In this document: positions 38,900 to 49,107 of the stretch, in pieces
How positions within the stretch are numbered: position 1 is the first letter of the stretch
How the letters are laid out: every line of letters begins with the position of its first letter
Source of the DNA: Actinomycetota bacterium
GTDB lineage: Bacteria; Actinomycetota; Actinomycetes; Actinomycetales; Microbacteriaceae
Direction: 5' to 3'
Length of the DNA: 52,047 bases
Assembly (NCBI GenBank): GCA_947454495.1
Contig: CANGKD010000001.1
Coordinates: 1-52,047 of the forward strand
The notes under the pieces: model-generated
Told to the model about the DNA's origin: nothing
Seen by the model: the letters and a program-made list of their open reading frames with translations, nothing else
Database searches by the model: none
Translations under genes and position numbers: made by a program

Positions 38900-39589
38900 C
38901 TACCGAGAAACGAGGGCGCGCTTTTCCTTGACGCTACTCGCGTACACGTCGACGTAGTTCTGCCCGCTGAGGCCGAGTAATTCGTACATGATCTCATCAG
39001 TCACAGCGCGAAGGATGAACCGATCTCCTTCGAGTCCGTAAAAACGGCTGAAGTCGAGTGGTTCTCCGAAAACCACGCCAATGCGTCGAATCTTTGGCAG
39101 CTTGCTGCCGATCGGCATCACTTTTTCGGTGTCAATCATGGCCACGGGGATGACCGGCACTCGGGCTTCGAGAATCATCCGCGCCACACCTGTGCGACCG
39201 CGGTACATCTGTCCGTCTGGGCTTCGCGTCCCCTCGGGATAGATTCCGAGCACCTTCCCGTCAGCAAGAACCTGCAGACCCGTGTTTAGCGACGCCTCGG
39301 ATGCCTTACCGCCAGAGCGATCAATTGGAAGTTGTCCCGTTCCCAGAAAGAACATCTTGGTGAGCCAACCCTTGATGCCCTTGCCAGTGAAATAGTCACT
39401 TTTCGCAAGAAACACCATCGGCCGTTCGATGACGAGCGGGAGGAATATCGAATCGACAAAGGAAAGATGGTTCGATGCCAAAATCACAGCACCTTCGGCG
39501 GGGACGTTGCCCGCACCCGTCACCCAAGGCCGAAAGATTCCCTTGACGAGAGGCCCGATGATGATGTTCTTCATCACCCAATAAAACAT
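38900..39589 (-). CDS. plsC: 1-acyl-sn-glycerol-3-phosphate (lysophospholipid) acyltransferase
   Basis: NHLSFVDS (HX4D) and YPEGTRS motifs. AGGAGG lies 7 nt upstream of the ATG. Confidence 0.88.
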   Translation of the reverse strand: MFYWVMKNIIIGPLVKGIFRPWVTGAGNVPAEGAVILASNHLSFVDSIFLPLVIERPMVFLAKSDYFTGKGIKGWLTKMFFLGTGQLPIDRSGGKASEASLNTGLQVLADGKVLGIYPEGTRSPDGQMYRGRTGVARMILEARVPVIPVAMIDTEKVMPIGSKLPKIRRIGVVFGEPLDFSRFYGLEGDRFILRAVTDEIMYELLGLSGQNYVDVYASSVKEKRALVSR

Positions 39590-39748
39590 TCCGACCTCCT
39601 GCGTTCGAGGTTTTTTAGTCTATCCAGAACGTCTTCAGTTCGAGTGAGTGGCACAACGCTGACAAACCGGCGGGTAATGGTCCGGTCCGCTATCCCCAAC
39701 CAGTTTGACTAACTAGAGTGGAGAAGCCATCGAATAAAGGAGTCCGAC

Positions 39749-41572
39749 GTGCAGCAAATGGATATGCCCGCGCTTGTTCCGAGCGACAAGAATGCGAATA
39801 CGACAGAAATCTTGCTGGAGCGTCTTGCTAAAACTCCGGACCACGCCATCTTTTCGCTTCCTGATGGCAACGGCGGCTGGAATCCACTGACTGTCGCACA
39901 ATTCCACGAGCGCGTTGTCGCCGTCGCCAAGGGTTTGATCGCCGCGGGAATATCGCCCGGCGACAAAATCGGACTCATGTGCAAGACACGATTCGAGTGG
40001 ACTCTGCTTGACTTTGCCGCGTGGTTTGCCGGCGCAATTCTCGTTCCCATCTACGAGACCAGTTCTGCAAGCCAAATCGAATGGATTCTCGATGACTCCG
40101 AGGCCGTTGCTCTCTTTGTCGAGTCAGCGTCGCATCGTGAACGATATGAAAGTGTGAGCGGCGCGCTGCCCAAGGTTCACACGGTCTGGACCATCGACGA
40201 CGGCGCAATTGACGACTTGATTTCTCACGGTTCCAACGTTGACGACGCACAGGTCGACAAGCGTCGCGTCAAGGCCAAGGGTAAAGACATGGCGACCTTG
40301 ATCTACACGTCCGGATCAACGGGGCGCCCGAAAGGATGCGTTCTTACGCACGCCAATTTCGTTGATTTGTGCCGTAACGCGCGTGCTGCGATTCCCGAAG
40401 TGGTCAACGAATCGGGTTCGACGCTGCTCTTCATCCCGTTGGCTCACATCTTTGCGCGTTACATCTCTGTTTTAAGCGTCGATGGTGGTGTGCGTGTGGG
40501 ACATCAGCCCGACACGACATTGCTATTGCCGTCATTGCAATCGTTCAAGCCCTCCTTCCTGCTGGCCGTGCCTCGAGTGTTTGAAAAGGTCTACAACTCG
40601 GCCGAACAAAAGGCCGAGGCGGGTGGCAAGGGAAATATTTTCCGCGCAGCTGCCAAGACGGCCGTCGAATACTCCCTCGCTCGTGAAAGCGGTCATGTCG
40701 GGCTCGCACTCAACTTGAAATTCAAGCTGTTTGACCGACTTGTTTTCGGAAAACTTCGCGAAGCGATGGGTGGCAACGTCCGATGGGCGGTGTCGGGCTC
40801 GGCTCCGCTGGGCAAGCGCCTCGGTCACTTCTTCAATGCACTCGGCATCACTGTGCTCGAAGGCTATGGACTCACCGAGACAACGGCACCAGCCACAATC
40901 AACCGCCCCTCAAAAGTGAAAATCGGAACCGTGGGTCCAGCCCTTCCCGGTGTCTCAATTCGCATTGCCGCAGATGGTGAGATTGAAGTCCAGGGCATCG
41001 ATGTATTCAAGGAGTACTGGAAGAATCCTCAGGCAACGAAAGACACATTCCACGATGGCTGGTTCAAGACCGGCGACATTGGATCACTCGACGAAGACGG
41101 CTACCTGAGTATCACCGGTCGTAAGAAAGAGATCATCGTCACCTCAGGTGGTAAAAACGTGTCACCCGCGTACCTCGAAGATCCGATTCGCGCCGATCCG
41201 GTCGTTGGTCAAGTCGTCGTGGTCGGAGACCGTCAACCCTTCATCTCAGCGCTGGTCACCCTGGACTCGGAGATGCTTCCAATGTGGCTGACGAACAACA
41301 AGCTCGATCCGAAAATGTCGCTTTCGGAGGCCAGCCAACATCCCGCCATCCGTGCGCACGTTCAAAAGGCAATTGACCGCGCCAACGCACGCGTGTCTCA
41401 AGCCGAGTCAATCCGTAAGTTCGTGATTCTGCCCATTGAATTCACTGAGGCGAGCGGGCATCTCACACCCAAGCTGAGCATTAAGCGGCACGTTATTGAA
41501 AAGGATTTCGAGGCAGAGATTGCGGAAATCTACGCCTCGAAGAACCCGACCGAGCCCATCGAAACGCGCTAG
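39749..41572 (+). CDS. Long-chain fatty acid--CoA ligase (AMP-dependent synthetase, FadD15-like)
   Basis: LIYTSGSTGRPKG AMP-binding motif, GYGLTET, FKTGDIG, GGKNVSP. GTG start with AAAGGAG upstream. Confidence 0.9.
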   Translation: MQQMDMPALVPSDKNANTTEILLERLAKTPDHAIFSLPDGNGGWNPLTVAQFHERVVAVAKGLIAAGISPGDKIGLMCKTRFEWTLLDFAAWFAGAILVPIYETSSASQIEWILDDSEAVALFVESASHRERYESVSGALPKVHTVWTIDDGAIDDLISHGSNVDDAQVDKRRVKAKGKDMATLIYTSGSTGRPKGCVLTHANFVDLCRNARAAIPEVVNESGSTLLFIPLAHIFARYISVLSVDGGVRVGHQPDTTLLLPSLQSFKPSFLLAVPRVFEKVYNSAEQKAEAGGKGNIFRAAAKTAVEYSLARESGHVGLALNLKFKLFDRLVFGKLREAMGGNVRWAVSGSAPLGKRLGHFFNALGITVLEGYGLTETTAPATINRPSKVKIGTVGPALPGVSIRIAADGEIEVQGIDVFKEYWKNPQATKDTFHDGWFKTGDIGSLDEDGYLSITGRKKEIIVTSGGKNVSPAYLEDPIRADPVVGQVVVVGDRQPFISALVTLDSEMLPMWLTNNKLDPKMSLSEASQHPAIRAHVQKAIDRANARVSQAESIRKFVILPIEFTEASGHLTPKLSIKRHVIEKDFEAEIAEIYASKNPTEPIETR

Positions 41573-41576
41573 AGAT

Positions 41577-42068
41577 TTAGAACCAGTCGGACTCGCGGAC
41601 TTGCTTCATTGCGAGCTTGCGAGTTTCGGGTTCCAATCGATCGAGATACAGAAGTCCGTCAAGATGGTCCGTTTCATGTTGCAGGGCCTGAGCCAATAGG
41701 CCCGTGCCTTCGACGACGACCGGATTACCGTCGAGATCCGTTCCTCGAACTCGTGCGTAAGAATATCGCGGAGTTGGAAACCACAGTCCCGGGACCGAGA
41801 GGCATCCCTCCTCGCGCAACGTGAGTTCCCCGCTCATCTCCTCAATCGTGGGGTTAATCACATAACCGACTTGCCCATCCACGTTGAAGCTGAAGACACG
41901 CAGACCCACACCGATTTGGGTTGCTGCGACTCCCGCGCGGCCGGGAATCGCTACGGAATCAAGCAAATCTGCAACCAGACCGCGAACAGTGTCGTCGATC
42001 TGCGCGACGCGTTCGGTGGGGGTCTTGAGTACAGGGTCGCCAAAGACACGAATGGGGCGCTCGGCCAC
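41577..42068 (-). CDS. def: Peptide deformylase
   Basis: [22 protein letters not shown]. Confidence 0.95.
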   Translation of the reverse strand: MAERPIRVFGDPVLKTPTERVAQIDDTVRGLVADLLDSVAIPGRAGVAATQIGVGLRVFSFNVDGQVGYVINPTIEEMSGELTLREEGCLSVPGLWFPTPRYSYARVRGTDLDGNPVVVEGTGLLAQALQHETDHLDGLLYLDRLEPETRKLAMKQVRESDWF

Positions 42069-42079
42069 GACGACGCGAC

Positions 42080-43213
42080 TTATTTTTCGCGAAGACCGTC
42101 GACAACCAGCGCTGCAAGAATGCGAGCCGCCTCTTGCGTAACGGGCTTGAGTCGATCGAAGTCCACGATGGAACCGGCAGCGAGAAGCGGGTCATACGGA
42201 ATGCGCACCACGTCGCGAACTCGAGACTTGAAGTGTGATTCGATTTCGTCAAGCTTGACCATGTTGGTGCCTTGCGTGGCCGTGTTGATTGTCACAATCG
42301 CGTTGCGCACCAAATCTCCGTAGCCATTTGCATCAAGCCACGTCAAAGTTTCGGCAGCCAAACGGGACTCGTCGAAACTACCGCCGGAAACGATAACAAC
42401 GGCGTCGGCACGCTGAAGGGTTGCACGCATGACCGAATGAACGATGCCGGTACCACAGTCGACCAGCGCGATCGAGTAGTAGCGAGACACCATGTCTGCA
42501 ACGACGTTGAAGTCGTTCTCATCAAACGCCTCTGACAACAGAGGGTCAGTGTCCGAGGCCAAAACATCGAGCCGGGACTTGTCCCGCGTGACGAAATTGG
42601 AAAAATCGGTGAAGGTACCAATCGTGGCTGCCTTGTTAACCACATCGCGAACCGTGAACTGACTTCCGCGAATGAAACGCTCTGCGAGGGTGCCACGGTC
42701 AGGGTTCGCGTCAATCGCGATAACACGGTCATCTCGCGTACGGGCAAGCGCCATTCCGAGGAGGGTCGACACCGTTGTCTTTCCAACTCCACCCTTGCGA
42801 GTAAGGATGGCCACGAATCGAGGGCCTCCACCCAGGCGGCGACCGATGCTCATGTCGATTGCCTTGCGGTGTCGAACGGACGCAGAGTCACCTCGGTTTA
42901 CGAGTCCAAACGTTGCCTTATACAGAGCGCGGTTGAGTCCCTCAGACGGGGCATCTTTGCGTGGGTCAATGTCAAGAACTCGGTCCGGGGTCAAGAGAGT
43001 TACCGGTTCAGGGTGAGACAGTGTTTCGCCCGACTTTCGTTCGCGACGGGTCGGCATCGCCTGCGAGTCAACGGAAACCTGAATGGGAGTTTCGCTCGTC
43101 GTCACTGGAATAACGATTTCAGTCGTGGAAACAGAGACCGCTACCTGAGGATCGATGGTGATCTTTTCTTTGGCCGGAGCGGCACGGCGCCCGGTACGTC
43201 CAGCAGGCTGCAC
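42080..43213 (-). CDS. MinD/ParA-family P-loop ATPase with a ~130-aa unstructured N-terminal extension
   Basis: Deviant Walker A ([13 protein letters not shown]), NPDRGTL, and a Walker B-like ALVDCG segment. The N-terminal region has no recognisable domain and the start codon is uncertain. Confidence 0.8.
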   Translation of the reverse strand: MQPAGRTGRRAAPAKEKITIDPQVAVSVSTTEIVIPVTTSETPIQVSVDSQAMPTRRERKSGETLSHPEPVTLLTPDRVLDIDPRKDAPSEGLNRALYKATFGLVNRGDSASVRHRKAIDMSIGRRLGGGPRFVAILTRKGGVGKTTVSTLLGMALARTRDDRVIAIDANPDRGTLAERFIRGSQFTVRDVVNKAATIGTFTDFSNFVTRDKSRLDVLASDTDPLLSEAFDENDFNVVADMVSRYYSIALVDCGTGIVHSVMRATLQRADAVVIVSGGSFDESRLAAETLTWLDANGYGDLVRNAIVTINTATQGTNMVKLDEIESHFKSRVRDVVRIPYDPLLAAGSIVDFDRLKPVTQEAARILAALVVDGLREK

Positions 43214-43274
43214 GTCGTCAGTCGGTTTCTTCTTAATGATCGTGATCCGTTTCCGTAAGAGTTACTCGTCTAGC

Positions 43275-46200
43275 TTAAGCGTTGGGGCGAATGACCACCA
43301 AAAGGTCACCGGATTCAACCTGGGCCGTTCCTCGAACAGCCACCCGTTCCACAGTACCCGCTATGGCTGACGTGATGGCCGCTTCCATCTTCATTGCCTC
43401 GATGGTTGCGACGGCATCCCCCGCATTTACTGTCATTCCCTCCGTCACTTTCGTGGTGACGGCGCCCGAGAACGGGGCGGGGATGTGACCCGCATTGTGC
43501 GGATCGGCTTTTTCGGTCGTCCGTGCGTCAACGGACACCGATCGATCTCGCACGAAGACCGGACGAAGCTGACCGTTGAGCGTTGCCATCACGGTTCGCA
43601 TGCCCTTGTCATCCGGTGCGCCAATTGCTTCCAAGCCCACGAAAAGCCGAACTCCAGGCGCCATTTCAATGACATGTTCAACGCCCGGCTCGAGACCGTA
43701 AAGGTAATCAACGGTGTCGAGCACGGAAAGGTCTCCGTACGTCTCCCGCGTTGCCTCGAAGTGCGCAGTCGGGGCTTCAAACAACAAACGGTTGAGTGTG
43801 TTGCGTCGGGCAGATCCAGGATTTTCTAGAAGTGTGCTGTCCTCGCGAGAAAGCGGAACCGTGACGACCGCGCGCGATCGACCCGCGAGGACCTTCGACC
43901 GAAACGGTTCGGGCCACCCGCCGGGAATGTCACCCAATTCGCCCGCCATGAAGCCGACGACCGAGTCCGGAATGTCGTAGTTCTGGGGATTTGCTTCGAA
44001 GTCTTCCGGGTCGGCGTTAACTGCGGCGAGATGAAGTGCGAGGTCACCGACGACCTTCGAAGATGGCGTGACCTTAGGGATTCGACCCAGAATTCGATCG
44101 GCCGCCGCGTACATATCTTCGATGAGCTCGAATCGCTCCGAGAGTCCGAGCGCGATGGCTTGTTGTCGCAGATTCGAGAGTTGACCGCCGGGAATCTCAT
44201 GGTGATAGACACGTCCGGTTGGCGAGGGAAGCCCCGACTCGAACGGGCGATAGACCTGTCGCACAGCCTCCCAATAGGGTTCAAGCGCGCAGACCGCGCC
44301 AAGGTCGAGTTCGGTCGCCCGCTCGGTGTTGTCAAGTGCTGCAACAAGCGCCGACATCGACGGCTGGCTGGTTGTTCCCGACATCGGTGCACTTGCCACA
44401 TCGACGGCGTCGGCGCCTGCTTGTACCGCGGCGAGCAACGTCGCAAGTTGCCCGCCGGCCGTGTCATGCGTGTGCACATGAACGGGGACGTCAAAACGAC
44501 TTCGAAGTGCCGAAACAAGTCGAGCTGCCGCGGCCGGACGAAGGAGCCCGGCCATGTCCTTAATTGCCACGATGTGTGCGCCCGAAGCGACGATTTTCTC
44601 TGCGAGGGTGAGGTAGTAGTCGAGCGTGAATTTTGTCTCGGCGGGGTCGAGCAGGTTGCCCGTGTAGCACAGTGCCACCTCGGCTACCGAACGATTCGTG
44701 GCCAACACGGCATCGATTGCGGGGCGCATCTGCGCCACGTCGTTGAGTGCATCGAAAATACGGAAGATGTCGATGCCAGACCGGCTGGCCTCATCCACGA
44801 ATGCGTCGGTGACTTCGGAGGGGTACGGCGTGTAGCCGACGGTGTTACGGCCGCGAAGCAGCATTTGAATTGCCACGTTCGGCAGGCTGGCGCGGAGCTT
44901 GTCGAGACGCTCCCACGGGTCTTCTGCCAAAAATCTCAGTGCGACGTCATAGGTCGCACCACCCCACGCTTCGACGGAGAAGAGTTGCGGGAGCGTGCGC
45001 GCAACGTAGGGCGCAACGTCAATCAGATCTCGTGTGCGCACGCGTGTCGCGAGCAATGACTGATGCGCGTCTCGGAAGGTCGTGTCCGTGACCGCGACGG
45101 ACGTCTGCGCGCGTAGCGCTTGGGCGAACTCGTAGGGGCCGAGAATATCGAGAACTTGACGAGAACCACTCGGCGCGGGTTGCAGGAGATCAACCGCGGG
45201 GAGCTTGTCGAGCGGAGTGCCGTGAATCGGCCGTGGACCATTCGGGTGGTTGACCGTCACGTCAGTCAACCAGTTCAGCAATCGCGTTCCGCGGTCTTTC
45301 GACTCCCGTCCCGAAACGAGTCCCGGTCGTTCATCGATAAATGACGTACTGACGTCTCCCGCCCGAAAATCTTTGTCATCAAGGACTGCCTGCAAAAACG
45401 GGATGTTTGTGCTGACGCCGCGAATGCGAAATTCCGCTAGCGCACGACGTGCACGGGAGACAGCCGACTCGAAGTCACGCGCACGGCACGTGAGTTTTGC
45501 CAGCATGCTGTCAAAGTGCGGACTGATTTGCGCACCGGGGTTGATTGTGCCGCCATCGAGTCGGATGCCCGCGCCACCAGGAGATCGATAGGTGGTGATT
45601 TTGCCCATGTCAGGACGAAAACCCGCGGCGGGGTCTTCCGTGGTGATTCGACACTGCAGCGCCGCACCGCGCAAATGAATCTGGTCCTGGTGGAGACCGA
45701 GTTGTCCCAGCGTTTCTCCAGCCGCGATGCGCATCTGCGATTGAACCAGATCGACGTCGGTGACTTCTTCGGTGACCGTGTGTTCAACTTGGATGCGCGG
45801 ATTCATCTCGATGAAAACATGCTCACCGGCACGTTCGCCTGCGGTATCGACGAGAAACTCAACCGTGCCCGCATTCTGGTAGCCGATTGATTTCGCAAAT
45901 GCGACAGCGTCTCTATACAGCGCGTCACGAAGTTCTTGCGTGATGTTTGGGGCCGGGGCGATTTCGATAACTTTCTGATGCCGACGTTGCACCGAACAGT
46001 CGCGTTCGAAGAGATGCACCGTTTCGCCCTGCATATCGGCCAGAATCTGCACTTCGATGTGTCGAGGACGAAGAACCGCCTGCTCGAGAAACATCCGCGA
46101 GTCTCCGAACGCACTGCCCGCCTCTCGCATCGCCGCTTCGAGGGCGGGGCGAAGCTCCTCTTTTGTCTCAACTCGACGCATTCCACGGCCGCCACCGCCG

Positions 46201-46682
46201 GCGACCGCCTTGGCAAAAATCGGGAAGCCGATTTTGTCGGAGGCTGCAATGAGGGAATTGATGTCGTCAGTGGCTTCGGTCGACTTCAGTACGGGAACAC
46301 CGGCGGCTATCGCGTGTTCTTTGGCCGTGACCTTGTTTCCGGCCATTTCCAACACCGTGGCCGACGGTCCGATGAAGGTGATTCCCGCGGCAGCGGCGGC
46401 TTCCGCGAGGTGCGGATTCTCGGAGAGAAAACCATAACCGGGGTAAATCGCATCGGCGCCGGATTCTTTGGCGACGCGAATAATCTCATCTACGTCGAGG
46501 TAGGCGCGCACGGGGTGACCCGGTTCACCAATTTGGTACGCCTCGTCGGCCTTCTGTCGGTGTAGCGAATTCCGGTCCTCGTAGGGGTACACGGCAACGG
46601 TCTTCGCACCCAACTCGAACGCGGCGCGAAACGCTCGAATGGCAATTTCTCCGCGATTTGCAACGAGGATTTTGTTGAACAT
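43275..46682 (-). CDS. pyc: Pyruvate carboxylase
   Basis: Biotin carboxylase N-terminus (MFNKILVANRGEIAIR), carboxyltransferase domain and C-terminal biotinyl domain (EAMKME). GGAGGGG lies 8 nt upstream of ATG 46682. Confidence 0.97.
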   Translation of the reverse strand: MFNKILVANRGEIAIRAFRAAFELGAKTVAVYPYEDRNSLHRQKADEAYQIGEPGHPVRAYLDVDEIIRVAKESGADAIYPGYGFLSENPHLAEAAAAAGITFIGPSATVLEMAGNKVTAKEHAIAAGVPVLKSTEATDDINSLIAASDKIGFPIFAKAVAGGGGRGMRRVETKEELRPALEAAMREAGSAFGDSRMFLEQAVLRPRHIEVQILADMQGETVHLFERDCSVQRRHQKVIEIAPAPNITQELRDALYRDAVAFAKSIGYQNAGTVEFLVDTAGERAGEHVFIEMNPRIQVEHTVTEEVTDVDLVQSQMRIAAGETLGQLGLHQDQIHLRGAALQCRITTEDPAAGFRPDMGKITTYRSPGGAGIRLDGGTINPGAQISPHFDSMLAKLTCRARDFESAVSRARRALAEFRIRGVSTNIPFLQAVLDDKDFRAGDVSTSFIDERPGLVSGRESKDRGTRLLNWLTDVTVNHPNGPRPIHGTPLDKLPAVDLLQPAPSGSRQVLDILGPYEFAQALRAQTSVAVTDTTFRDAHQSLLATRVRTRDLIDVAPYVARTLPQLFSVEAWGGATYDVALRFLAEDPWERLDKLRASLPNVAIQMLLRGRNTVGYTPYPSEVTDAFVDEASRSGIDIFRIFDALNDVAQMRPAIDAVLATNRSVAEVALCYTGNLLDPAETKFTLDYYLTLAEKIVASGAHIVAIKDMAGLLRPAAAARLVSALRSRFDVPVHVHTHDTAGGQLATLLAAVQAGADAVDVASAPMSGTTSQPSMSALVAALDNTERATELDLGAVCALEPYWEAVRQVYRPFESGLPSPTGRVYHHEIPGGQLSNLRQQAIALGLSERFELIEDMYAAADRILGRIPKVTPSSKVVGDLALHLAAVNADPEDFEANPQNYDIPDSVVGFMAGELGDIPGGWPEPFRSKVLAGRSRAVVTVPLSREDSTLLENPGSARRNTLNRLLFEAPTAHFEATRETYGDLSVLDTVDYLYGLEPGVEHVIEMAPGVRLFVGLEAIGAPDDKGMRTVMATLNGQLRPVFVRDRSVSVDARTTEKADPHNAGHIPAPFSGAVTTKVTEGMTVNAGDAVATIEAMKMEAAITSAIAGTVERVAVRGTAQVESGDLLVVIRPNA

Positions 46683-46759
46683 CCCGTGGGCCCCTCCAAG
46701 GCAGACGTGCACAACTGACGCACGCAGTTAGGTTCTCTAAGACTAGCCGGGGTAACCTT

Positions 46760-47692
46760 TTGCTCGTGCACGTGCTGAGTGTGAGCTCCCTCAAGGGTGG
46801 CGTGGGAAAGACCACGGTCACCCTGGGCTTGGCATCCGCCGCTTTTGCCAAGGGAATTCGCACTCTCGTCGTTGACTTTGACCCGCAAGCGGACGTTTCG
46901 ACCGGCATGGGCGTCAACGCGCGAGGCCGGCTAAATGTCTCCGATGTGTTGACGAACCCCAAACTAAAGACCGTTCGTGAGGCGATCGCGCCGAGCGGAT
47001 GGACAGTGCCCAATCACTCCGCGATCGACGTCATGATTGGCAACCCCTCTGCAATCAACTTCGACACTCCTCATCCGACAGCCCGCGAAATCTGGCGACT
47101 CGAGGAGGCACTCGCGAGCATCGAGGACAGTTACGATCTCGTTCTCATTGATACGTCTCCGACCTTGAATGCGCTCACCCGCACCGCGTGGGCGGCGAGC
47201 GACCGGGTCGCAATCGTGACCGAGCCCGGTTTGTTTTCAGTGGCTGCCGCCGACCGCGGTTTGCGTGCCATCGAAGAGATCCGCCGCGGGTTGAGCCCGC
47301 GTCTTCAACCGTTGGGTGTCATTGTCAACCGCGTTCGATCGCAATCGGTGGAGCATCAGTTCCGGGTAAATGAGCTTCGCGCCATGTTTGGACCGCTGGT
47401 GATGTCGCCCTTGCTGCCCGAGCGAACGTCATTGCAACAGGCGCAGGGTGCCGCACGTCCCGTGCACGCCTGGCCCGGCGAGGCCTCTGCCGAGATGGCC
47501 AGCTACTTTGAACAGCTTTTGGAGCGTGTACTGCGAATCGCCCGGATAGGCGACGCTCGCGCGCCGCTCACCACGACGAACTCGGGTGCCACGATTCTGG
47601 GCGCAACTCCGAACGCTTCCGCTACTCCCCCAGCCGGCCTCGCACCCGGCCTAACGGGGCAGACCTTCGACGGGATTTTTGCCGCGAACTAA
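46760..47692 (+). CDS. Orphan ParA/Soj-family ATPase (Rv1708-like)
   Basis: [13 protein letters not shown] Walker A near the N-terminus and a low-complexity Ala/Pro/Thr tail. No parB nearby. The start could be TTG 46760 or GTG 46766/46772. Confidence 0.88.
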   Translation: MLVHVLSVSSLKGGVGKTTVTLGLASAAFAKGIRTLVVDFDPQADVSTGMGVNARGRLNVSDVLTNPKLKTVREAIAPSGWTVPNHSAIDVMIGNPSAINFDTPHPTAREIWRLEEALASIEDSYDLVLIDTSPTLNALTRTAWAASDRVAIVTEPGLFSVAAADRGLRAIEEIRRGLSPRLQPLGVIVNRVRSQSVEHQFRVNELRAMFGPLVMSPLLPERTSLQQAQGAARPVHAWPGEASAEMASYFEQLLERVLRIARIGDARAPLTTTNSGATILGATPNASATPPAGLAPGLTGQTFDGIFAAN

Positions 47693-48234
47693 GCGGATGC
47701 GCGACGCGCGCGACGCAGCGAGAGCTCGTCGGTTTCAGGCGATTCGGTCTGCAGCTCGACCAGGCTCGACTCGACTTCGCGCAGGACTTTGCCGACGGCA
47801 ATGCCAAACACCCCCTGGCCACGACCCATGAGATCGATGACCTCGTGATCGGAAGTGCACATGTAGACGCTGACACCGTCGCTCATGAGCGTTGTTTGGG
47901 CGAGGTCGTAGAAACCGGCAGCCCGGAGTTCTTCGATTGCGGTGCGAATTTGTTGAAGTGAGATACCGGTGTCGAGCAGGCGCTTGACCAGTTTGAGAAC
48001 GAGTATGTCGCGGAAACCATACAGTCGCTGCGACCCCGAGCCTGCGGCTCCACGAACGGTCGGAACGACGAGCTCTGTGCGTGCCCAGTAGTCAAGCTGG
48101 CGGTAGGAAATACCGGCAGCGCGAGCGGCCACCGTGCCGCGGTATCCGACGGAGTCGTCGTGTTCCGGAAGTCCATCAGTAAACAACGGGTTGAGCTCGT
48201 ATCGCTCTGGCTGTTCTACCGTTGCGTCACTCAT
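47689..48234 (-). CDS. MerR-family transcriptional regulator (Rv1830-like)
   Basis: GISYRQLDYWARTELVVPTVRGAAGSGSQRLYGFRDILVLKLVKRLLDTGISL closely matches the Rv1830 family. ATG 48234 has GGAAGG 8 nt upstream (the ORF opens at GTG 48243). Confidence 0.88.
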   Translation of the reverse strand: MSDATVEQPERYELNPLFTDGLPEHDDSVGYRGTVAARAAGISYRQLDYWARTELVVPTVRGAAGSGSQRLYGFRDILVLKLVKRLLDTGISLQQIRTAIEELRAAGFYDLAQTTLMSDGVSVYMCTSDHEVIDLMGRGQGVFGIAVGKVLREVESSLVELQTESPETDELSLRRARRASA

Positions 48235-48242
48235 GGAGGACA

Positions 48243-48267
48243 CCTTCCTGAAATCTAACCCTCAACT
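48243..48267 (-). promoter_or_regulatory. Leader element shared with ftsZ, overlapping a CTCAAC-N5-GTTGAG inverted repeat (48261-48277)
   Basis: The coding strand reads AGTTGAGGGTTAGATTTCAGGAAGG. See findings. Confidence 0.4.
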
Positions 48268-48363
48268 TTGCGTTGAGACTTTTACAATCGTGGCACTGAT
48301 GAATCCGAACTGACGGATTTCACACGAATCATTTTGGCGTGTCGCGCAACACGCCATCTCAGA

Positions 48364-49107
48364 TTACGCCTGTCCCGCGTTGCGCGAAATGACGTGGCGA
48401 AGAATTTGACCACGAACAACGTCGAGGTGCACTGAAATTTCATTTGCTCGCTCGACGGATTTTGCGCGACTGGCCGGCCCTTGTCGTTTCGCGATGGGAG
48501 CCAGTGCACGTTCGATGAGAGCAAATTCTTTCTCCGCCGTCGCCTTGAGTACCGAGAGATGCCGAGGCTCAATGCCCGACCGCTGAAGCTGAGCCAGCGC
48601 GGTGAGCGTCGACAACTCCTCTTCCCCGTACGACTCGGCTGCGACGATGAGACCTGCCGAGACCGCATCCTGCAACAAATTGGCCGACGCCCCGGCAGCT
48701 CGAAGCATCTCGTCTTTTGTATATCGGGATCTCGTTGACAGAACGGAGGTGGCCGAGAGTCCGACGGCCGTGGGAAGCGGAGAGGCCTGTCCCGATTCCA
48801 TCGCATCGAGGTGTTCGCGAATCACCTTGAGCGGCAAATACTGGTCGCGCTGAAGCGTGAGAATCAGGCGTAGTCGCGCGACGTCGTCGGCGGAGAATTT
48901 ACGATAGCTCGACGGCGTGCGGAACGGTGTGACGAGATCCTGAAGCTCGAGGAAGCGGAGCTTCGACGGAGACAGCTCCGGAAATTCGGGCTGCAACTTT
49001 GCGAGAACTTGTCCGATGCTGAAAACCGGGCGTGCGGATGCGCTGACCGGTGCCGAGGCAGGCGCCGACGATTTAGCTGCGCGGGCACCCTCACTCTGTG
49101 CCACCAC
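48364..49107 (-). CDS. ftsR: MerR-family regulator FtsR (Rv1828/Cg1631-like)
   Basis: FSIGQVLAKLQPEFPELSPSKLRFLELQDLVTPFRTPSSYRKFSADDVARLRLILTLQRDQYLPLKVIREHL matches the Rv1828/FtsR family. The GTG start shares one base with the garA stop. Confidence 0.88.
   Translation of the reverse strand: MVAQSEGARAAKSSAPASAPVSASARPVFSIGQVLAKLQPEFPELSPSKLRFLELQDLVTPFRTPSSYRKFSADDVARLRLILTLQRDQYLPLKVIREHLDAMESGQASPLPTAVGLSATSVLSTRSRYTKDEMLRAAGASANLLQDAVSAGLIVAAESYGEEELSTLTALAQLQRSGIEPRHLSVLKATAEKEFALIERALAPIAKRQGPASRAKSVERANEISVHLDVVRGQILRHVISRNAGQA

Noticed and set aside
43214-43274. 6C small RNA, which in mycobacteria and corynebacteria lies next to a MinD/ParA-like (ssd) gene.
   Set aside because: The spacer is only 61 nt and has no C-rich loops. 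No intergenic CCCCCC/GGGGGG run exists anywhere in the window.
44031-45059. 342-aa ORF on the plus strand inside pyc. Similar long antisense ORFs occur at 31963-32739, 32972-33724, 20326-21060, 36263-36955, 2007-2657 and 3452-4108.
   Set aside because: All lie antisense to, or out of frame with, strongly conserved genes. They are Arg/Cys/His-rich with no recognisable domains or SD sequences. This is the usual high-GC artefact of stop-poor alternative frames.
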